A stretch of 32,000 nt of DNA, taken from an uncultured Chloroflexia bacterium (GTDB taxonomy: Bacteria > Chloroflexota > Anaerolineae > Anaerolineales > Anaerolineaceae). The notes beneath the pieces are model-generated. The model had not been told where the DNA came from, did not search any database, and saw only the letters and a program-made list of their open reading frames with translations. The stretch lies in assembly GCA_963704755.1 (NCBI GenBank), contig OY969938.1:510001-542000 (forward strand), in the 5' to 3' direction. Positions 18,407-27,505 of the stretch are shown in pieces (the first letter of the stretch is position 1; each line of letters opens with the position of its first letter). The position numbers and the translations under genes were made by a program.

Positions 18407-18480
18407 GGGCGGGTAGCTCAGTTGGTTAGAGCACATCTCTTACACAGATGGGGTCGCAGGTTCGAGTCCTGTTCCGCCCA
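18407..18480 (+). tRNA. tRNA-Val(UAC): tRNA-Val (anticodon TAC)
   Basis: Acceptor GGGCGGG/TCCGCCC, D-arm TAGCTCAGTTGGTTAGAGC, anticodon stem CATCT/AGATG with loop CTTACAC, T-arm GCAGG-TTCGAGT-CCTGT, discriminator A. Confidence 0.9.
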
Positions 18481-18600
18481 CAAGAAGAAAATCGGGGAAA
18501 CCATTTATTAAATTGAAGAGAGATCGGCCCGGTCTCCAGACCGAGGCCGTTCTTATCGGCTGGCAGGAAAATCGCTTCGGTTCAAAAAGCTTGTTCATTT

Positions 18601-18730
18601 GTCATTGCGAGCGGTTTTTGCGACCCAGCACCTGCGGTGCCGGGCATGTGAGCAATCTCAACATTTGACAAATAGATCAATGGCCAGTGTTGAGATTGCT
18701 TTGTCGGCAAAAAACGCCTTCTCGCTATGA
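18601..18730. repeat. Nested palindromic element of the GTCATTGCGA...GCAATCTCA type
   Basis: GTCATTGCGA (18601-18610). Inner hairpin GCACC-TGC-GGTGC. 13-bp perfect inverted repeat AGCAATCTCAACA (18651-18663) / TGTTGAGATTGCT (18688-18700). The imperfect outer partner is CTCGCTATGA. Confidence 0.55.
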
Positions 18731-18836
18731 TAAAAATGTGGGTATCGCTGCCTGAGCCTCGTTTCACACCGGGAGACTGCTCCGGCACATAACAGCTATT
18801 AATCTAAGTTAGCCCTCTTTCGACCCCTCTTACCCC

Positions 18837-19994
18837 TCAAAACTGACCCTGCATCGACTGGGCGTAGCCGGTCAACTCTACATAACCGGAGCTATTAACC
18901 TCCTGCCCGGCATAACTCCCGCTGACAGACACCGCCCCTTCCCAGTAAACAAAGGATAGGTTCAGTTCCTGGTCGGCCAGCAAGGGCTGAATCATCAATT
19001 CAATTTGCTCGGCCGGGATCGAGACCTGCCAGCCGGCCGGATATACTCCGCCCGAATGGGGGCTCTTCCACTGGCCGGTGACTTTTACGCTAAACTCGTT
19101 TTCGGCCAGGACCTGGGTGCTGCCATCCGGGCGGATCAGGGTCGCGCTCGAATACAGGCTATACGAACCATCGGCATTGCGCAGGGTGAACAGCATCAAT
19201 TCACTGCCCTGCCCCAGGTGGACCGAGAACCAGTCCCAGCCGACCAGCCCGCTGCCCAAGGCGCTGGTGCTGAACTCGTGGTCCATCCAGCTCATCCCGC
19301 TGACCTCGAAGACCTGGCCGGCCAGGGTGACCGTTCCTTGCGAAGCCAGGTCGGGCTGGCTGAAATAATAGGAAGCATTGCCCGGCTCGGGGCCTTTGCG
19401 GCTCAAGCCCTGGTCCCCCTCCAGCACCGGCCCGCTCTGGTCGCTCAGGGTCAGGTCGATGGCGTTTCCGCCGGAATTCGCCTGGAGGTGGTAGGTTCCT
19501 TCACCGGTTTGCTCCACCTGCCAGTCCTCCAGCCAGACGCTGAACTGAGGCGTGGTCGTCGCGCCGGCCAGCCCGGCGGACCCGCGCGAGAGGCGCTGCA
19601 GCGGGTAAAAAGCCCCGCCGGCGATGTCGCTGATGGCAAAATGGGCCATGTAAACCTGCTCAACCGCCCAGGGGGACTGGCGCGTGGCCCGTTGGTCGGC
19701 CGGCTGGACCGCCCGGCGAAAAAACGTCAGCTCGTATCCGAACTGCCGCCCAGACGCGGTCTCCAGGTTGCCGGTGTAATACCACCACTCGGTCTGGAAA
19801 TCATTGTGGGTGCCATAATCCTGGGGAAACTGGAAAGCCCGCGGCTGGTCGGCCAGGGCGTAATCCCCGCCGCTGCTCAGGTCCAGCCCGTTCAGCGGAA
19901 CCGGCGTGGTTTCAGCCGGCTTATTGCCACAGCCCGCCAGCACGAACAGGAGCAGCAGCGTCGCCAGGCCTTGCGAGAAGCGGTGTCTATTCAT
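18837..19994 (-). CDS. AttH/CrtC-like (lipocalin-like domain) lipoprotein
   Basis: Lipobox LLFVLAGCG. DYGTHNDFQTEWWYYTGNL...YELTFFR is the hallmark N-terminal motif of the AttH/carotenoid 1,2-hydratase-like family. The gene overlaps the upstream permease gene by 8 nt. Confidence 0.75.
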   Translation of the reverse strand: MNRHRFSQGLATLLLLFVLAGCGNKPAETTPVPLNGLDLSSGGDYALADQPRAFQFPQDYGTHNDFQTEWWYYTGNLETASGRQFGYELTFFRRAVQPADQRATRQSPWAVEQVYMAHFAISDIAGGAFYPLQRLSRGSAGLAGATTTPQFSVWLEDWQVEQTGEGTYHLQANSGGNAIDLTLSDQSGPVLEGDQGLSRKGPEPGNASYYFSQPDLASQGTVTLAGQVFEVSGMSWMDHEFSTSALGSGLVGWDWFSVHLGQGSELMLFTLRNADGSYSLYSSATLIRPDGSTQVLAENEFSVKVTGQWKSPHSGGVYPAGWQVSIPAEQIELMIQPLLADQELNLSFVYWEGAVSVSGSYAGQEVNSSGYVELTGYAQSMQGQF

Positions 19995-22554
19995 AGCGAA
20001 TCGCCTCGGCCGCGGCCATGCGGTTCAGGCGGATGGCCGGCAGGATGCCGATCAGCAAGGCTGCTCCCACCGCCAGTCCCAGGGTAAACAGGAATGCGCC
20101 TGGCCGGACCGAGAGCTGGATGGTCCAGCCAAAGGAGCGCAAATTGATCACATACACCAGCACCAGCGCTATCACGTAACCGGTCGGCGCGGCCAGCAGG
20201 CCGGCCGCCAATCCCATCAGCCCGGTCTCCAGCATGACCAGCTTCCACAACTGGGCTTTGGCCAGCCCCAACGCCTTGAGAATGCCCACCTCGCGCTGTT
20301 TTTCCATTTGCAGCAGCAGCAACGTCGAGAGGATGCCGATAAAGGCCACCACGGTCGCCAGCACCCGCAAAGCGGCTGTGACCGCAAAGGTACGGTCGAA
20401 GACAGAGAGCACCTCTGTGCGCAAAGCCTGGTTGGGGCTGATTACCAGTCTTTGGCTGGTATCCAGGGACTGGTTCAGCCGGCCGACCATCTCGTCCGGG
20501 TTCACCCCCGGCTGCAGACGGACCCCGATGGCAGTCACCGCCGGGTCGTCCCAGAACTGGCGGTAAACATTCAGGTCCATCAAAATTTCACCCTGGCTGG
20601 AGGAATAATCGTAATAGACGCCCACGATTTGGGCCTGCTTGAGCCCGGCATGCGAATCCAGTGTGATCGTATCGCCGGCCGATAGGTGCAGCCGGTTGGC
20701 CAGCGGCTCCGAAAGGAGCACCGCCCCCTGGTCGAGTGCGTCATGGACTGCCTGGGCATCCCCGATCTGCTGCTTGAACTGCCGCTCCCAGGCGACGTCC
20801 GGGTTGCTGGAGGCCGAGAGCGTCACTTCGCCATAATTGGTCTGGACCTGGGTCGAACGGGTCAAATCGACCCGCTGGATCCCGGCCATGGACTGGAGCT
20901 GGCTGACCACCTTGGGGTCGATCTCGATCAGCGAGATGTTTTCGGTAAAACTCGGCCCGGTGATGTAGATATCGCTTTGCAGCGTATCGGCCAGCCAGAC
21001 GTTGACCGTATGGCGGAAGCTGTCGATCATCACCGTCACCCCCACCGTGACCGCAAGGGCGACCATCAGTGCCGCCACCGCCACAGCCGTGCGGCTGAGC
21101 GAGTTTAGCAGGTTGCGCGGCGCCATGCGGCCGATGAACCCAAACAAGCGCCCGGTGATGGGAATAAAGGCAACCATCAGCAGGCGGAAAAGGATGGCCG
21201 CCATCAAGGCGATCCCGACCACCACCAGGGTGGTGCCGGCAAAACCCAACTGGATCGAGCTGGACGGGATGGCAAACGAAGCCAACCCCAGCAATAACAG
21301 CAGCAACCCGGCACCCGACAGCAGCCAGACCGTCCGCCGGGCGCTCTTTTCCAGCCCGGAGCGTGAAAGCGCCAGCCCCGGTTCGACGCTGGCCGCCTCC
21401 AACGCCGGCGGGATAGCGGTCAGCACGGTCGCCAGGGTCCCCAAAACGCCGCCCTTGACCAGGCTGGAAAGCGGGATGCCCACGTTGCGGATGGTGGTGG
21501 TGAAGTACAGGTCGTTGATGGTGCCCATCACCATCGAGACCGTGCTGCGTCCTAACAGAATGCCCACCCCTACCCCAATGGCCGAGCCGATCAGCCCGAC
21601 GAACAGCGCTTCCAGCGTCACCAGCAGAAAAATCTCCCGCCGGGTGACTCCCAGGCAGCGCAGCGATCCGAATAGTTCGCGGCGCTGCACGACCGAAAAG
21701 GTCATGGTGTTGTAGATCAGGAACAAGCCCACGATCAACGCGAGCAGCGAAAGTGCGCTCAGGTTGAGCTGAAAAGCGCTGGTCATGGCCTGGACCGAGC
21801 CCTGCCGTGAACTGACCGGTACGATCGTCAGTCCGTCCGGCAGTTGAGCCTGCACCTGCTGCAGGGCCGCGGAGTCATCCGGGCTCAAAATCACGTCGAT
21901 CCGGTCCAGTTGGCCAACCTGGCCGCTTAATTCCTGGGCGGTGGCGATATCGGTCAACAGAACGCCTTCCAGCGAGCGCCGGGTCAGTTCATCACCGGGG
22001 TCGACGATGCCTACCACCACTGCCTGGCCGGCAACGCCGTTGATTTCGACCGCCAGCCGGTCGCCTATCTTGAGCTTATACAGGTCGGCGGTGTCTTTGG
22101 AGATAAAGACCGCACCGGGTTGGGTGAGCAGCGCCACCAGGTCGGGCGAACCGGCTGCGCTCAAAAGGCCGCCGTAGTCATGGATCGTCCCATCCACGAA
22201 CGGGTCGAAGCCGAGAAGCTGGAAAGGTTGTTTGCCTAGCGCAGGCGAGGTCCCATAGGCGGTCACTACCGGCGCGGCGGTTTGCAAGGCGCCCGACCGG
22301 CGCAAGCTGACATAAACCTGGTCGGGGATTTCCCCACCGGACGACACAATCTGGTGGGTCGCTCTACCGGTGATGGCATCCGTGCTCAACTCGAAGGCCC
22401 GCCCGGCGCTGGCGTTGGCCAGGTCGATGGAGACCATCACGGCCACCCCCAGGATAATCCCCAGCACCATCAGCAGGCTCTGCCAGCCTCGCCGTACCAG
22501 GTAACGGGCCGCCAGCCGGACCAGGCCAGAAGGCAAAAAGGTTCTGGTAGCCAA
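19987..22554 (-). CDS. ABC transporter permease, double FtsX-domain (855 aa)
   Basis: Two modules, each a TM segment plus a large periplasmic domain plus three TM segments, with FtsX-type motifs (REIGILKALG-like: [23 protein letters not shown]). Confidence 0.9.
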   Translation of the reverse strand: MATRTFLPSGLVRLAARYLVRRGWQSLLMVLGIILGVAVMVSIDLANASAGRAFELSTDAITGRATHQIVSSGGEIPDQVYVSLRRSGALQTAAPVVTAYGTSPALGKQPFQLLGFDPFVDGTIHDYGGLLSAAGSPDLVALLTQPGAVFISKDTADLYKLKIGDRLAVEINGVAGQAVVVGIVDPGDELTRRSLEGVLLTDIATAQELSGQVGQLDRIDVILSPDDSAALQQVQAQLPDGLTIVPVSSRQGSVQAMTSAFQLNLSALSLLALIVGLFLIYNTMTFSVVQRRELFGSLRCLGVTRREIFLLVTLEALFVGLIGSAIGVGVGILLGRSTVSMVMGTINDLYFTTTIRNVGIPLSSLVKGGVLGTLATVLTAIPPALEAASVEPGLALSRSGLEKSARRTVWLLSGAGLLLLLLGLASFAIPSSSIQLGFAGTTLVVVGIALMAAILFRLLMVAFIPITGRLFGFIGRMAPRNLLNSLSRTAVAVAALMVALAVTVGVTVMIDSFRHTVNVWLADTLQSDIYITGPSFTENISLIEIDPKVVSQLQSMAGIQRVDLTRSTQVQTNYGEVTLSASSNPDVAWERQFKQQIGDAQAVHDALDQGAVLLSEPLANRLHLSAGDTITLDSHAGLKQAQIVGVYYDYSSSQGEILMDLNVYRQFWDDPAVTAIGVRLQPGVNPDEMVGRLNQSLDTSQRLVISPNQALRTEVLSVFDRTFAVTAALRVLATVVAFIGILSTLLLLQMEKQREVGILKALGLAKAQLWKLVMLETGLMGLAAGLLAAPTGYVIALVLVYVINLRSFGWTIQLSVRPGAFLFTLGLAVGAALLIGILPAIRLNRMAAAEAIRYE

Positions 22555-22556
22555 AT

Positions 22557-23255
22557 TTACGCCTCGGCCGGACGGCCGTTGAAACGGCCGTTGTGCAAGT
22601 GTAAGATACGGTCGGCGTGCGCGGCTGCCTCGCGGCTGTGGGTCACCAGGATCAGCGTTTTGCCCAACCCGCGGGTCAACTGTTCCAACAGCCCCAACAC
22701 CATTCGCCCGGTCTCCTCGTCCAGGTTGCCGGTCGGCTCATCCGCCAGGATCAGTTGCGGATCGTGTACCAGGGCCCGCACAATGGCCACCCGCTGCTGT
22801 TCGCCCCCCGAAAGCCGGTCGGGGAAGGCCTTCCGGCGGTCGTCCAGGCCCACTTTATCCAGCAAGCCGGCTGCCCGCTGCAGGTTCTCGGGACTGTCCT
22901 GCCCGTTCAAGTTCAGCGGCAGGGTCACGTTTTCCCACACCGTCAGGGTCGGAATCAGGTTGAAGAACTGGAACACAAAGCCAATATTTTTGCGACGGAA
23001 GAGGGTGCGCCGGTTTTCGTCCAGGCCGGTCAGGCAGACCTCGCCCAGGTAAACCTGGCCGCCATCCACCCGGTCGATCCCGCCGATCAGGTTCAGCAAG
23101 GTCGTTTTACCGGTACCACTTTTGCCCAGGATGGCCACGCTTTCGCCCTCGCTCACCTCTAAAAAAGCATGGCTCAAGATCAGGTGTTCCTGGCCGCCTT
23201 CGCGGTAGCCCTTGCTGACATCCACCAGCCTCAGGAATGCGTCGTTGTTATTCAA
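22557..23255 (-). CDS. ABC transporter ATP-binding protein (MacB/LolD-like)
   Basis: Walker [10 protein letters not shown], signature [11 protein letters not shown], Walker [14 protein letters not shown]-loop THS. Confidence 0.95.
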   Translation of the reverse strand: MNNNDAFLRLVDVSKGYREGGQEHLILSHAFLEVSEGESVAILGKSGTGKTTLLNLIGGIDRVDGGQVYLGEVCLTGLDENRRTLFRRKNIGFVFQFFNLIPTLTVWENVTLPLNLNGQDSPENLQRAAGLLDKVGLDDRRKAFPDRLSGGEQQRVAIVRALVHDPQLILADEPTGNLDEETGRMVLGLLEQLTRGLGKTLILVTHSREAAAHADRILHLHNGRFNGRPAEA

Positions 23256-23481
23256 TAATTCCTTTTCAGACCCGCACGAAACCGGGTCGTTAATGTATTG
23301 GTTATGACAATCCTCGGCCTATCTTACCGCGAATGAGCACGGTTTTCCAATGCAAGGGCAAAACCTTGAATTTCAGTAACTACGCAAGCTCCTGTCAAGA
23401 AGTTCCCCGCTAGGCAGAGCAGTCACGAATTTCATATGTTTGCACAAGTACGGCTCGCACGAATCCCTAATTTCGAGATGC

Positions 23482-24414
23482 CTAAAACCATTTGCGCCGG
23501 ATGAAGACCAGCGTAGTAAAAACGACCAGGACGCTGCACATCGCCAGGATGTAAGCCCAGGTTAAAGGGTAGCCCTTGAGCGGTAAATCGACATTCATGC
23601 CGAAAAAACCGGTCACAATGGCCGGCAAATTCAGCAGTATGGTCACCGCGGCCAAAATTTTCATGACCACGTTGAGATTATTGGAGATGATCGACGAAAA
23701 AGAGCCCATCATCGAATTCAAAATGGTGGAGGAGATATTGACCATTTCGATGGCCTGCTGGTTTTCGGTAAGCACATCTTCCAGCAGATCTTCGTCATCC
23801 GGGAACATGCTAAACAATTGGCTGCGCTGCAAACGCTCCAGCAGCAGCTCGTTCTGCTTCAGTGCCGTGGTGAAATATACCAGGCTTTTTTGCACCTTCA
23901 GCAAATCCATCACATCGCTGTTCTGCAACGACTTTTGCAGGCGGTCTTCGATCTCGTCGGTGATGTGGTTGATCTCGCGCAGGAACAGCAGGAATTTGCT
24001 CGCGTTGTTGAGCAAAATTTGGAGCACAAAGCGGATGCGCTTACCGGTAGCCAGCCCGCGAACCTTGCCGGTTAAGAACTCGCCGATCAATTCGGTCGGT
24101 TTGCTGCAAATGGTCAGGATGTAGTGGTCCGTCAGTACGATGCCCAGCGGAATGGTGATGTAAGGCACGTCCACGTCTGGGCCCTGGAAAAAGGGAATGC
24201 GGATCAGGACGAGTAACTTGCCATCATCCTCCCGTTGAGAGCGGGCCCGTTCATCCAGGTCCAGTGGGTAAGTGATAAAGTCCATCGGCAAGCCGAGTTG
24301 GGTTAAATACTCGATCTCTTCCCCGCTTGGATTCACGACATTCATCCAGCAGCCCTCTACAGGCTGAGCCACCGGGTCTAAAACCGCCCCATTGGATTTG
24401 AAGGATTGGATCAT
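23482..24414 (-). CDS. corA: CorA-family magnesium/cobalt transporter
   Basis: C-terminal two TM segments with FFGMNVDLP (the GMN signature). 310 aa. Confidence 0.9.
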   Translation of the reverse strand: MIQSFKSNGAVLDPVAQPVEGCWMNVVNPSGEEIEYLTQLGLPMDFITYPLDLDERARSQREDDGKLLVLIRIPFFQGPDVDVPYITIPLGIVLTDHYILTICSKPTELIGEFLTGKVRGLATGKRIRFVLQILLNNASKFLLFLREINHITDEIEDRLQKSLQNSDVMDLLKVQKSLVYFTTALKQNELLLERLQRSQLFSMFPDDEDLLEDVLTENQQAIEMVNISSTILNSMMGSFSSIISNNLNVVMKILAAVTILLNLPAIVTGFFGMNVDLPLKGYPLTWAYILAMCSVLVVFTTLVFIRRKWF

Positions 24415-24508
24415 GATTACACCTCCCGGCTCGAAACTGGGTATTCCGGTTCAATTCTACCGTGAAAGATCGGTCCGGTCCTTTTTCCGTCGGTCATTTA
24501 GCAAGAAC

Positions 24509-24563
24509 CCCGAAATTGATGTGTTTGTGCGGACTTTGCCTGCACAAACACATCAATTTCGGG
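24509..24563. repeat. Palindromic hairpin repeat, family member C
   Basis: CCCGAAATTGATGTGTTTGTGC-(11 nt)-GCACAAACACATCAATTTCGGG, 22-bp perfect arms. Lies in the divergent corA/DinB intergenic region. Confidence 0.75.
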
Positions 24564-24740
24564 AACTCTTTAACACGAGCCTGAGTAGCTACATTTGGGG
24601 GTTGTTTGAACATGTGTTATATAATAAAAACGCAACGGCGCAACCTGATTGGAAAGATACCCAAATTGAGGTAGGTGCGGTTGTTTTGCCCCAGCATATA
24701 TCTCGTATTTAGGAACTTTTTGAAGGGAGTGAATCGCAAA

Positions 24741-25235
24741 ATGAACGCAGATGACTTTCGAAAGTACTACGATTATCATTTCGCAGAAAATCGCAAACTT
24801 TGGGATAAATACATCCTGCCCCTTACACAAGAGCATTTCACCCAAAAAACGGACTATTCGCACGGCTCCGTTCGCAACCAGGTCGTCCACATCATCAGTA
24901 CGGATGAAACCTGGTTTACAGAATTACGCGATTTCACCTTTTTCGACCCACTCGACCCCGATCGCTTTGGCGACCGGCAGACCCTGCGGGCTTATTGGGA
25001 TAAAGTTGAACAAGACATGCGCAATTACCTGGCCAAACTGAGCGACGACATGTTGAAGACCAAACCCTTCCCGGAAGGCGAGGACAAGGACCTCATCCTC
25101 TGGCAGGTGCTGCTGCACGTGGTCAATCACGGCACCGATCACCGCGCCCAAATTCTGCGCCAGATCAACGATATGGGTTTCAGAACCGGCTCGCAAGATT
25201 ACATTTTCTACGTTTATGAGAGTAATGCCGCTTGA
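24741..25235 (+). CDS. DinB-family (four-helix bundle, metal-binding) protein
   Basis: ATG 24741 with AAGGGAG upstream. SVRNQVVHIISTDETW and LLHVVNHGTDHRAQI are DinB His-triad motifs. Confidence 0.8.
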   Translation: MNADDFRKYYDYHFAENRKLWDKYILPLTQEHFTQKTDYSHGSVRNQVVHIISTDETWFTELRDFTFFDPLDPDRFGDRQTLRAYWDKVEQDMRNYLAKLSDDMLKTKPFPEGEDKDLILWQVLLHVVNHGTDHRAQILRQINDMGFRTGSQDYIFYVYESNAA

Positions 25236-25245
25236 AAAAGTGATC

Positions 25246-25288
25246 GTCATTGCGAAAGCAGCGTTTTTTGCTGCCTTTGGCAATCTCA
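25246..25288. repeat. Second GTCATTGCGA...GCAATCTCA element
   Basis: GTCATTGCGA (25246-25255), hairpin AGCAGC-GTTTTTT-GCTGC, GGCAATCTCA (25279-25288). Same orientation and end motifs as the element at 18601. Confidence 0.45.
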
Positions 25289-25411
25289 GAGCCAGCGTTG
25301 CCGAAGACGCCACGCTCTGGCAGAACAGCCAGGGTTTGCAAAGGCAGCCCTTTACCAGAGAAAGCCTTGTGAATCCAGCGAGTCGCCCTTTTAGCCGGCC
25401 GGGTTACAGGA

Positions 25412-25417
25412 TATAAT
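25412..25417 (+). promoter_or_regulatory. Candidate -10 box for ssrA
   Basis: TATAAT lies 13 nt upstream of the mature tmRNA 5' end. The -35 (TTAGCC) is weak. Confidence 0.4.
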
Positions 25418-25430
25418 AAAGCTAAGTTCT

Positions 25431-25820
25431 GGGGATGAAAGGTCTCGACGGGAGAGGCTGGTCCCGAACTGCGAGCCGAGAGGTGCCGACCTCGCAAAAT
25501 CAGCACAAAAATCAAGTGCCAATCGCACAACGTATGCTGCTCTCCCCCTGGCTGCCTAGTCAGGAATGAGCGCAATGACCTCCTCGTGAGGTCACGTTCG
25601 TCTGCTCCGCCGTCTGACCGGTAGTAGAACGGACGTCACAATGTCAGACTGCCGCATTCCCTGCCGCGTGGCATGCGAAAGAGGGCTTTCGGGCCCAAGC
25701 GGATGGTGGGCTGCCGGTTCCGTCGGTCAGCAAACAGCCCGCGACAACCAAGACCGGCTACGCTCGTAGATGTTCGCGGGTCTATTCTTTCGGACGCGGG
25801 TTCGATTCCCGCCATCTCCA
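25431..25820 (+). ncRNA. ssrA: tmRNA (SsrA)
   Basis: 5' GGGGATGAAAGGTCTCGACGGGA pairs with 3' ...GGACGCGGGTTCGATTCCCGCCATCTCCA. This gives a tRNA-Ala-like acceptor with a G3:U pair and a T-arm. The tag ORF GCC AAT CGC ACA ACG TAT GCT GCT CTC CCC CTG GCT GCC TAG (25518-25559) encodes ANRTTYAALPLAA. Confidence 0.9.
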
Positions 25821-25832
25821 CTGGATGTTTCT

Positions 25833-25873
25833 TAGAGGTGTTCGTGGGTGCGTTGCACCCACGAACACCTCTA
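25833..25873. repeat. Palindromic hairpin immediately 3' of ssrA (family core GAGGTGTTCG)
   Basis: TAGAGGTGTTCGTGGGTGC-GTT-GCACCCACGAACACCTCTA, 19-bp perfect. It may also terminate ssrA, although the T-tract is weak (ATTT). Confidence 0.65.
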
Positions 25874-25915
25874 TTTAGAGACCTTTAAAAACACAACCAG
25901 AAAGGATCAATCATC

Positions 25916-26308
25916 ATGATCGAAGAAATTCTTAGCTTTCTCGAAACACAGCAGATTGCTTACCTATCCACCATCGACCTCCAGGGATATCCGCACACGG
26001 TTCCGGTCTGGTTTGCCATAGATGGCGATGACATAATTTTTAGTTCGGCTAAAGACCGGGCCCGGAGGAAATATATCCAGGCCAATTCCAGGGGATCGGC
26101 CACGATAGGCGGCAAAATGGATGATTCGGCCGGCTACCTGATCAAAGGGAACCTCACCGTCGAAACGGATCCATCACATGGATTAATGAACAAAGTCATC
26201 GGCCGGTATCTCAAAGGCGAAGCCCTGAGCCAATTTCAAGCCATGGCGGAACAGCAAGAGCGCATCATTGTCCGCCTGACTCCGCTGAAAGTGATCAAGG
26301 TTCATTAA
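25916..26308 (+). CDS. Pyridoxamine 5'-phosphate oxidase (PPOX)-family flavin-binding protein
   Basis: 130 aa. IAYLSTIDLQGYPHTVPVWFAIDGDDIIFSS...RKYIQANSR is a typical PPOX split-barrel N-terminus. Confidence 0.8.
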   Translation: MIEEILSFLETQQIAYLSTIDLQGYPHTVPVWFAIDGDDIIFSSAKDRARRKYIQANSRGSATIGGKMDDSAGYLIKGNLTVETDPSHGLMNKVIGRYLKGEALSQFQAMAEQQERIIVRLTPLKVIKVH

Positions 26309-26332
26309 GAACCCGTCTGCCAAACAATTATT

Positions 26333-26371
26333 GGGTGTGTTTTGGGTTGCCAGGCAACCTAAAACACACCC
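26333..26371. repeat. Palindromic hairpin (GGGTGTGTTTTGG core)
   Basis: GGGTGTGTTTTGGGTTGCC-A-GGCAACCTAAAACACACCC, 19 bp with one G-T pair, 25 nt after the PPOX stop. Confidence 0.6.
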
Positions 26372-26521
26372 AGGCAAAACAGGCAATATTAGAAAAAATT
26401 AAGTTGTCCCGCTAAAATAGCCTGACCCCCAATCGTCCGATTTATAATAATTGAATTGGCCTGCCCGTCTATAGAACTCCAATCTCCATTGATAACAACT
26501 CACTATGGATTATAGACCGTA

Positions 26522-26568
26522 AAATTGAGGTGTTTGCAGGAGTTTTACCTCCGCAAACACCTCAATTT
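26522..26568. repeat. Palindromic hairpin repeat, family member F
   Basis: AAATTGAGGTGTTTGC-(15 nt)-GCAAACACCTCAATTT followed by CGGGAAC. The right flank is the same as in member C. Confidence 0.75.
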
Positions 26569-26640
26569 CGGGAACGCCAGACCCCGGCTTGCACATTACC
26601 GGCGTAATTTGAACTTATTTGATTTTAGGGGAGGCACGAC

Positions 26641-27477
26641 TTGCGGGCAAAAACCAAAAAAGTTGCTCTGGTGACCGGCGCTTCATCCGGCATCGGCCGG
26701 GCGACTGCTCTCGAATTGAACGCAGCAGGCTATCGGACGTATGCCAGCGCCCGCCATCCGGAAAAGATGGCGGACTTGCAGGCATACGGCTTGAAGACCA
26801 TACAACTCGACGTGACCGATGAAGATTCGATGGTTTCCGCCATTCAGGCGATCGAAATCGCGTCCGGAAGCGTGGATGTGCTGGTCAATAATGCCGGCTA
26901 CAGCGAATTAGGCCCGGTGGAAGAGGTTTCGCTCGAGCGGGTCCGCCGCCAGTTCGAGACCAATGTGTTCGGGCTGATCCGCCTGACCCAGCTCGTACTG
27001 CCCGAGATGCGCCGCAAAGGTTGGGGCCGCATCATCAACATCAGCTCGATGGGCGGCGAGTTCACCTCCCCTTACAGCGGGATCTATCATGCCAGCAAAT
27101 ATGCCGTCGAGGCCATTTCGGACGCGCTGCGCTTCGAAGTCCAGCCCTTCGGCGTGGACGTAATCGTCATCCAGCCCGGGGTGGTGCAAACTGCCCTGGG
27201 GCAGGCCAGCCGGGATACCATCCGCGCCTCGGCTGACAGCCCCTACGCCGATCAATTGACTCGCTACCGCCATTTTGTCGAAGCCAATGCCGATCCCAAT
27301 GACCCGGCTGTGCTGCTGCCCGGGGATGTTTCCAAAGTGATCCTGCAGGCGGTCGACGCGAAGCAGCCCGAAACGCGCTATAAAGTTGGACCCGAAGCCG
27401 AACAACTCCCGGCCATACGCCGGCGCCTATCGGACCACGAGTGGGACGATATGTATCGCAAATGTTTTGGCTCGTAA
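26641..27477 (+). CDS. Short-chain dehydrogenase/reductase (SDR) family oxidoreductase
   Basis: TTG start with GGGGAGG upstream. TGASSGIG (cofactor binding), NNAG, and the catalytic YHASK. Confidence 0.9.
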   Translation: MRAKTKKVALVTGASSGIGRATALELNAAGYRTYASARHPEKMADLQAYGLKTIQLDVTDEDSMVSAIQAIEIASGSVDVLVNNAGYSELGPVEEVSLERVRRQFETNVFGLIRLTQLVLPEMRRKGWGRIINISSMGGEFTSPYSGIYHASKYAVEAISDALRFEVQPFGVDVIVIQPGVVQTALGQASRDTIRASADSPYADQLTRYRHFVEANADPNDPAVLLPGDVSKVILQAVDAKQPETRYKVGPEAEQLPAIRRRLSDHEWDDMYRKCFGS

Positions 27478-27491
27478 GGCTGGTTCCGCTC

Positions 27492-27500
27492 TGCTAAAAT
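27492..27500 (+). promoter_or_regulatory. Extended -10 element (TGCTAAAAT) abutting the NUDIX start codon
   Basis: TGcTAAAAT ends 5 nt before ATG 27506. No Shine-Dalgarno is present in the 28-nt gap. Confidence 0.35.
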
Positions 27501-27505
27501 AGAGT

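Noticed and set aside
18582-18788. 68-aa and 66-aa ORFs (18582-18788, 25216-25416)
   Set aside because: They are generated by the GTCATTGCGA...GCAATCTCA palindromic elements, and no SD or family similarity is seen.
25636-25888. ORFs overlapping stable RNA genes (25636-25821, 25673-25888 on ssrA; 8063-8371, 8200-8442, 8289-8471 on tRNA-Arg; 18254-18436 on tRNA-Val)
   Set aside because: The RNA genes explain the sequence. The ORFs have no coding signatures.
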